From positions 167,474 to 231,473 of the forward strand of contig QOPF01000001.1 in NCBI GenBank assembly GCA_003331625.1: a stretch of 64,000 nt of DNA, given 5' to 3'. Position numbers and translations under genes: made by a program. The notes under the pieces were generated by a model, which saw only the letters and a list, made by a program, of their open reading frames with translations, did not search any database and was not told the DNA's origin. Position 1 is the stretch's first letter; each line of letters opens with the position of its first letter. This document shows, piece after piece, positions 60,443 to 64,000 of this stretch. The DNA is from Gammaproteobacteria bacterium. Lineage in GTDB: Bacteria; Pseudomonadota; Gammaproteobacteria; Magnimaribacterales; AG-339-G14.

Positions 60443-61798
60443 TTGGAAAAATTAACTTCATTTTTAATAACTTTATCTCTTTTATTTTTCTGTTCCTTTG
60501 GTTATTCAGCAAATTTGGCTGATATTTATGAGCTTGCCTTATCAAATGACCCGCAATTAAAAATAGATGAGGCCACTTTTAACGCAAATAAAGAAATTAA
60601 AAATAAAGCTATGTCTGGACTGCTTCCTAAGTTTTCTTTACGAGCTGGAACTACTTGGAATGAAAATAAAAATACAGAATCAAATGCGTCTTTATTTACT
60701 GATACACAAGGAAGTAATTCTAATTATTACTCGGCCAATTTAATACAACCTATCTTTAGAGTTGATACTTGGTTTCAATTTGCACAGGGTAAAGCTTTGG
60801 GAGAAGCTGCCGAGGCTAAATTTGCTTTATCGCAACAAGAAACGATTATTAGAATCTCGAATACATATTTTAATCTTTTAAAGGCTAAGAAAAATCTAGA
60901 AGTAGCAAGGCTAGAAGAACAATCTATAAAAAAACAAAGAGACAGAACAAAAAGACTTTATGAAGAAGGTGTTTCTTCAAAATCTGAATATCAGGAAGCT
61001 CAAGCTTTTTATGATTTAGCTAGAGTTTCTAAGATTGCTTCGGAAGGAAGTTTAGAATTTGCGAGAGAAGCTATGATTTCAATCATTGGTGACTCGCCTG
61101 AAATTAATGATTTGAATGATGACTTTCCAATTAGTAAGCCAGATCCTATTGATCAAGATCAATGGGCTCAGCTTGCTTTATCAAATAGTTTTGCATTGAA
61201 AGCTTCTAAAATGAATACAACAGCAGCTAAAAAAAATTCGCAGGCTAAACTAGCCTCTCACTTTCCAGATATAGATTTAGTGGCAAGTCTTACACAGAAT
61301 AATTCTCGAGGTATTGTTGGATTCAATCCCTCAACCAATCCTCCTGTAACTTATGGTCCTAATGGAATTGAGCAAACTAGATATAGCTTAGAATTTAATT
61401 GGCCTATTGTTACTGGGGGTTTATTACACGCAGAAAGAAGAGAGGCAAAAGCTCTCTCTGAACAGGCTACTCAACAAGAACGCCTTACTGAAAGATATGT
61501 CATCAGAGATGTCAGAACTAAATTCACTTCAGTTTTAACTAATTTAGCAAATGTTAATGCTCGAAAAGCTTCCTTAAAATCTTCTAATTTTGCTCTTAAA
61601 GCAACCATGGTTGGTTATGAGGAAAATACGAGAAATATTGTTGACTTATTAAACGCAGAAAAAAATTACTTTTCTGCTCAACGAGATTTAATTGCTGCTA
61701 AATACGATTACATTATTAGCACTTTAGAATTGAAACTTGCTTCAGGCATGCTTTCCCCTGCAGATATATATGAAATCAGTAGCTATCTAGATAGCTAA
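60443..61798 (+). CDS. tolC: TolC-family outer-membrane efflux channel
   Basis: 451 aa with a signal peptide, N-terminal NLADIYELALSNDPQL and two repeated coiled-coil/beta halves. TTG start preceded by GAGGAG. Confidence 0.8.
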   Translation: MEKLTSFLITLSLLFFCSFGYSANLADIYELALSNDPQLKIDEATFNANKEIKNKAMSGLLPKFSLRAGTTWNENKNTESNASLFTDTQGSNSNYYSANLIQPIFRVDTWFQFAQGKALGEAAEAKFALSQQETIIRISNTYFNLLKAKKNLEVARLEEQSIKKQRDRTKRLYEEGVSSKSEYQEAQAFYDLARVSKIASEGSLEFAREAMISIIGDSPEINDLNDDFPISKPDPIDQDQWAQLALSNSFALKASKMNTTAAKKNSQAKLASHFPDIDLVASLTQNNSRGIVGFNPSTNPPVTYGPNGIEQTRYSLEFNWPIVTGGLLHAERREAKALSEQATQQERLTERYVIRDVRTKFTSVLTNLANVNARKASLKSSNFALKATMVGYEENTRNIVDLLNAEKNYFSAQRDLIAAKYDYIISTLELKLASGMLSPADIYEISSYLDS

Positions 61799-62613
61799 TG
61801 CCTGAACTACCCGAGGTAGAAACAACTCTTAGAGGAATTTCCAAAAAAATTCTAAATAAAGAAATATCCTCATTTATATCTCGAGAGAAAAAACTTCGCT
61901 GGATTATTCCCCCCACTATAGGGAAACGCGTTAAAGGGCAAAGAATTAATAATGCTTTCAGGCGAGGGAAATATATTATTTTTGAACTTGATAATTGTTC
62001 GTTGATTATCCACCTAGGCATGTCCGGCAAACTTAGAGTCTTTAATAAAAAAATGAAACCTAAGAAGCACGAACATTGGGATTTAAATTTTACAGATAAT
62101 TGGACTTTGAGATACACAGATATAAGAAAGTTTGGCGTCTTAGATTTGACACTAAAAAATCCTCTTGAACATAAATTACTTAAAGATCTCGGGCCTGAGC
62201 CATTAGGAAATAGTTTTAATGGGATTTATCTCTTTGAAAAATCAAGAAAGAAGTCTATTGCTGTAAAACAATTCATTATGAATGCAAAAATAGTTGTGGG
62301 AGTTGGGAATATTTACGCCAACGAAGCTTTATTTATGGCTGGAATTAAACCAATTAAAAAAGCTGGAAAAGTAACTAAAAAAGAATATGAAAATCTATCA
62401 ACTAAAATTGTAAAAGTCCTAAAAGACGCAATTCATGAAGGTGGCACAACGCTTAAAGACTACAGTAATGCCGAAGAAGCTCCTGGCTATTTTAAGAAAA
62501 AATTACAGGTTTATGGTCGAGGAAATTTAGAATGCTTTATTTGCAGAAAAAATTTAAAGGAAATAAGACTGGGGAATAGATCCACAGTTTATTGTGTTAG
62601 TTGCCAGAATTAA
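61798..62613 (+). CDS. mutM: Formamidopyrimidine-DNA glycosylase
   Basis: 271 aa with N-terminal MPELPEVET and a C-terminal zinc finger CFICRKN...YCVSCQ. Confidence 0.95.
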   Translation: MPELPEVETTLRGISKKILNKEISSFISREKKLRWIIPPTIGKRVKGQRINNAFRRGKYIIFELDNCSLIIHLGMSGKLRVFNKKMKPKKHEHWDLNFTDNWTLRYTDIRKFGVLDLTLKNPLEHKLLKDLGPEPLGNSFNGIYLFEKSRKKSIAVKQFIMNAKIVVGVGNIYANEALFMAGIKPIKKAGKVTKKEYENLSTKIVKVLKDAIHEGGTTLKDYSNAEEAPGYFKKKLQVYGRGNLECFICRKNLKEIRLGNRSTVYCVSCQN

Positions 62614-63086
62614 AATTTCTTTTTCATCTCTTCTAAAGAGATAGGATCCACAAAAGAAGATACGTCGCCACCCATTTTACAAATTTCTTTAACCAAGCTT
62701 GAACTTACAAAGGAATATTCAGTTTTAGGCGTAAGAAAGACACTTTCTAATTCAGGCATCATAGATCTGTTCATATTTGCCAATTGAAATTCATATTCAA
62801 AATCAGCAACAACTCTAAGACCTCTTATTAAAATTTTAGCATCATTATCTTTAGCCAAATCAACTAATAATCCAGAAAAGCCAATAACTTCAACTTGATT
62901 ATTTCCATCAAAAATTCTTTTTGAAATATTTATTCTTTCTTCTAGATTAAAAAGAGGATTCTTAGTTTCGCTTTCAGCAATTGCCAAAACAACTTTATCA
63001 AAAAGTTTACATGCTCTTTCGACTAAATCTATGTGTCCTTTGGTAATAGGATCGAAAGTTCCAGGATACAAAGCCTTATGTGACAT
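62610..63086 (-). CDS. coaD: Phosphopantetheine adenylyltransferase
   Basis: 158 aa with [12 protein letters not shown]. Confidence 0.95.
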   Translation of the reverse strand: MSHKALYPGTFDPITKGHIDLVERACKLFDKVVLAIAESETKNPLFNLEERINISKRIFDGNNQVEVIGFSGLLVDLAKDNDAKILIRGLRVVADFEYEFQLANMNRSMMPELESVFLTPKTEYSFVSSSLVKEICKMGGDVSSFVDPISLEEMKKKF

Positions 63087-63139
63087 AAAGATATTATATT
63101 CTATTTATAGAATGATAAAACTTATGACAGTGCAAATAA

Positions 63140-63163
63140 GACCTTTTCTAATTAGAAAAGGTC
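63140..63163 (-). terminator. Hairpin overlapping the katG stop codon (candidate katG terminator)
   Basis: 10-bp perfect stem GACCTTTTCT/AGAAAAGGTC with a 4-nt loop. On the minus strand it is followed by TTATTTG. It separates katG from coaD. Confidence 0.5.
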
Positions 63164-64000
63164 ATTATTCATAACTTTGTTCCAAGCTTTTATGAAGTCT
63201 TTCTTAAACTTCTCTTCAGAATCGCTTTGAGCATAAACTTCAACATAAGCTCTCAACTGAGAGTTAGATCCGAATACCAGATCAGCTCTGGAAGCAGTTC
63301 TTTTCTTTTCGCCACTCACTCTATCAAAAGCTTCATAAGAATTTCCAGTACCATTTGGTTTCCACTGAACTCTCATATCCAGCAGAGTTTTAAAGTACTC
63401 ATTAGAAAGCTCGCTTGAATTTTCAGAAACTAGACCATAATCACTCGCTGTGATTCCCAAAGATCTCATTCCTCCTAAGAGGACTGTCATTTCTGGAGCT
63501 GTTAAACCAAGTAATTGAGCTTTATCAAGCATCATTTCCTCAGCAGTTACGTTAAGTCCAGAACGGTGGTAGTTTCTAAAGGCATCAGACAAAGGTTCTA
63601 AGTATTCAAAAGATTCAGGATCTGTTTGCTCGTCGGTAGCATCTCCTCTTCCTGGAGTAAAAGTAACGTCCATACCTGAAGCTTTTTCAATCGCTATATT
63701 ACCTGCAAGAACAATGATGTCTGCCATCGAAACTCCGGTCTCATTAGCAACGCCTTCATAGGCAGAAAGAACTTTCTCCAACTGTTCGGGCTTATTAACC
63801 TCCCAATCTTTCTGAGGAGCTAGACGTATTCGGGCACCATTAGCGCCGCCTCGCATGTCGGAACCTCGATACGTGTATGCGCTAGCCCAAGCAGTCTCAG
63901 CCATTTCTTGAATGGATAAACCTAAATCCGAAATTTTTCCTTTGACAGCAGCAACATCATAATCTGAATTACTTTCACCAACTGGGTCTTGCCAAATAAG
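63152..64000 (-). CDS. katG: Catalase-peroxidase KatG, C-terminal ~280 aa (5' end outside window)
   Basis: The frame stays open upstream of the Met at 63904 to the window edge ([41 protein letters not shown]...). It has a typical KatG C-terminal domain and a [10 protein letters not shown]-type end. Confidence 0.9.
   Translation of the reverse strand, partial: LIWQDPVGESNSDYDVAAVKGKISDLGLSIQEMAETAWASAYTYRGSDMRGGANGARIRLAPQKDWEVNKPEQLEKVLSAYEGVANETGVSMADIIVLAGNIAIEKASGMDVTFTPGRGDATDEQTDPESFEYLEPLSDAFRNYHRSGLNVTAEEMMLDKAQLLGLTAPEMTVLLGGMRSLGITASDYGLVSENSSELSNEYFKTLLDMRVQWKPNGTGNSYEAFDRVSGEKKRTASRADLVFGSNSQLRAYVEVYAQSDSEEKFKKDFIKAWNKVMNNDLF

Noticed and set aside
61776-62117. 113-aa minus-strand ORF overlapping the tolC end and the mutM start
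   Set aside because: It is antisense to mutM, whose N-terminal PELPEVET motif fixes the real frame. No independent support.
63152-63904. Treating the Met at 63904 as the katG start (250-aa ORF in the track)
   Set aside because: The frame stays open to the window edge and the upstream residues (LIWQDPV...) are still KatG sequence. The gene is truncated by the window, not a short paralogue.

Overview
AT-rich (about one-third G+C by eye), very gene-dense chromosomal segment with gammaproteobacterial core-gene synteny: secA-argJ-[mutT slot]-yacG-coaE, ilvIHC, rluD-bamD, rho-trxA, ilvD, aroQ-accBC, leuS-lptE-holA, dacA-mltB-rodA-mrdA-rsfS-nadD-proA, mpl, argD, parCE, thiC, tolC, mutM, coaD and katG. 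My guess is a streamlined marine gammaproteobacterium, possibly SAR86-like, but this is inference only. I call about 62 protein genes, including one 50-aa gene (yacG) below the ORF-track cutoff, and 2 tRNAs. I found no rRNA, CRISPR array, integrase, transposase or obvious pseudogene, and the standard genetic code fits every conserved gene. Intergenic space is minimal; the longest non-coding stretch is about 350 bp and holds a tRNA. Many gene ends overlap, including convergent pairs. The only accessory-looking stretch is about 5.3-17.8 kb. It holds stand-alone tRNA-Ala(UGC) and tRNA-Ile(GAU), the pair normally found in the 16S-23S spacer, 8.6 kb apart. Two units between them look most worth follow-up. 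One is a divergent lipoprotein / His-rich secreted peptide / TonB-dependent receptor set, with a His-Glu loop encoded by a 12-nt tandem repeat. The other is a translationally coupled four-gene operon (small membrane protein, di-iron desaturase, thioredoxin-fold protein, crotonase) divergent from an epoxide hydrolase. Other oddities are an orphan DsbD N-terminal domain in the dsbD slot, a ThiE-like protein lacking its NUDIX half in the mutT slot, and SecA without the C-terminal zinc finger. thiC has no recognisable TPP riboswitch, and a DedA protein is coupled to a carotenoid cleavage oxygenase. All functional calls come from reading motifs and synteny by eye; no database search was run.
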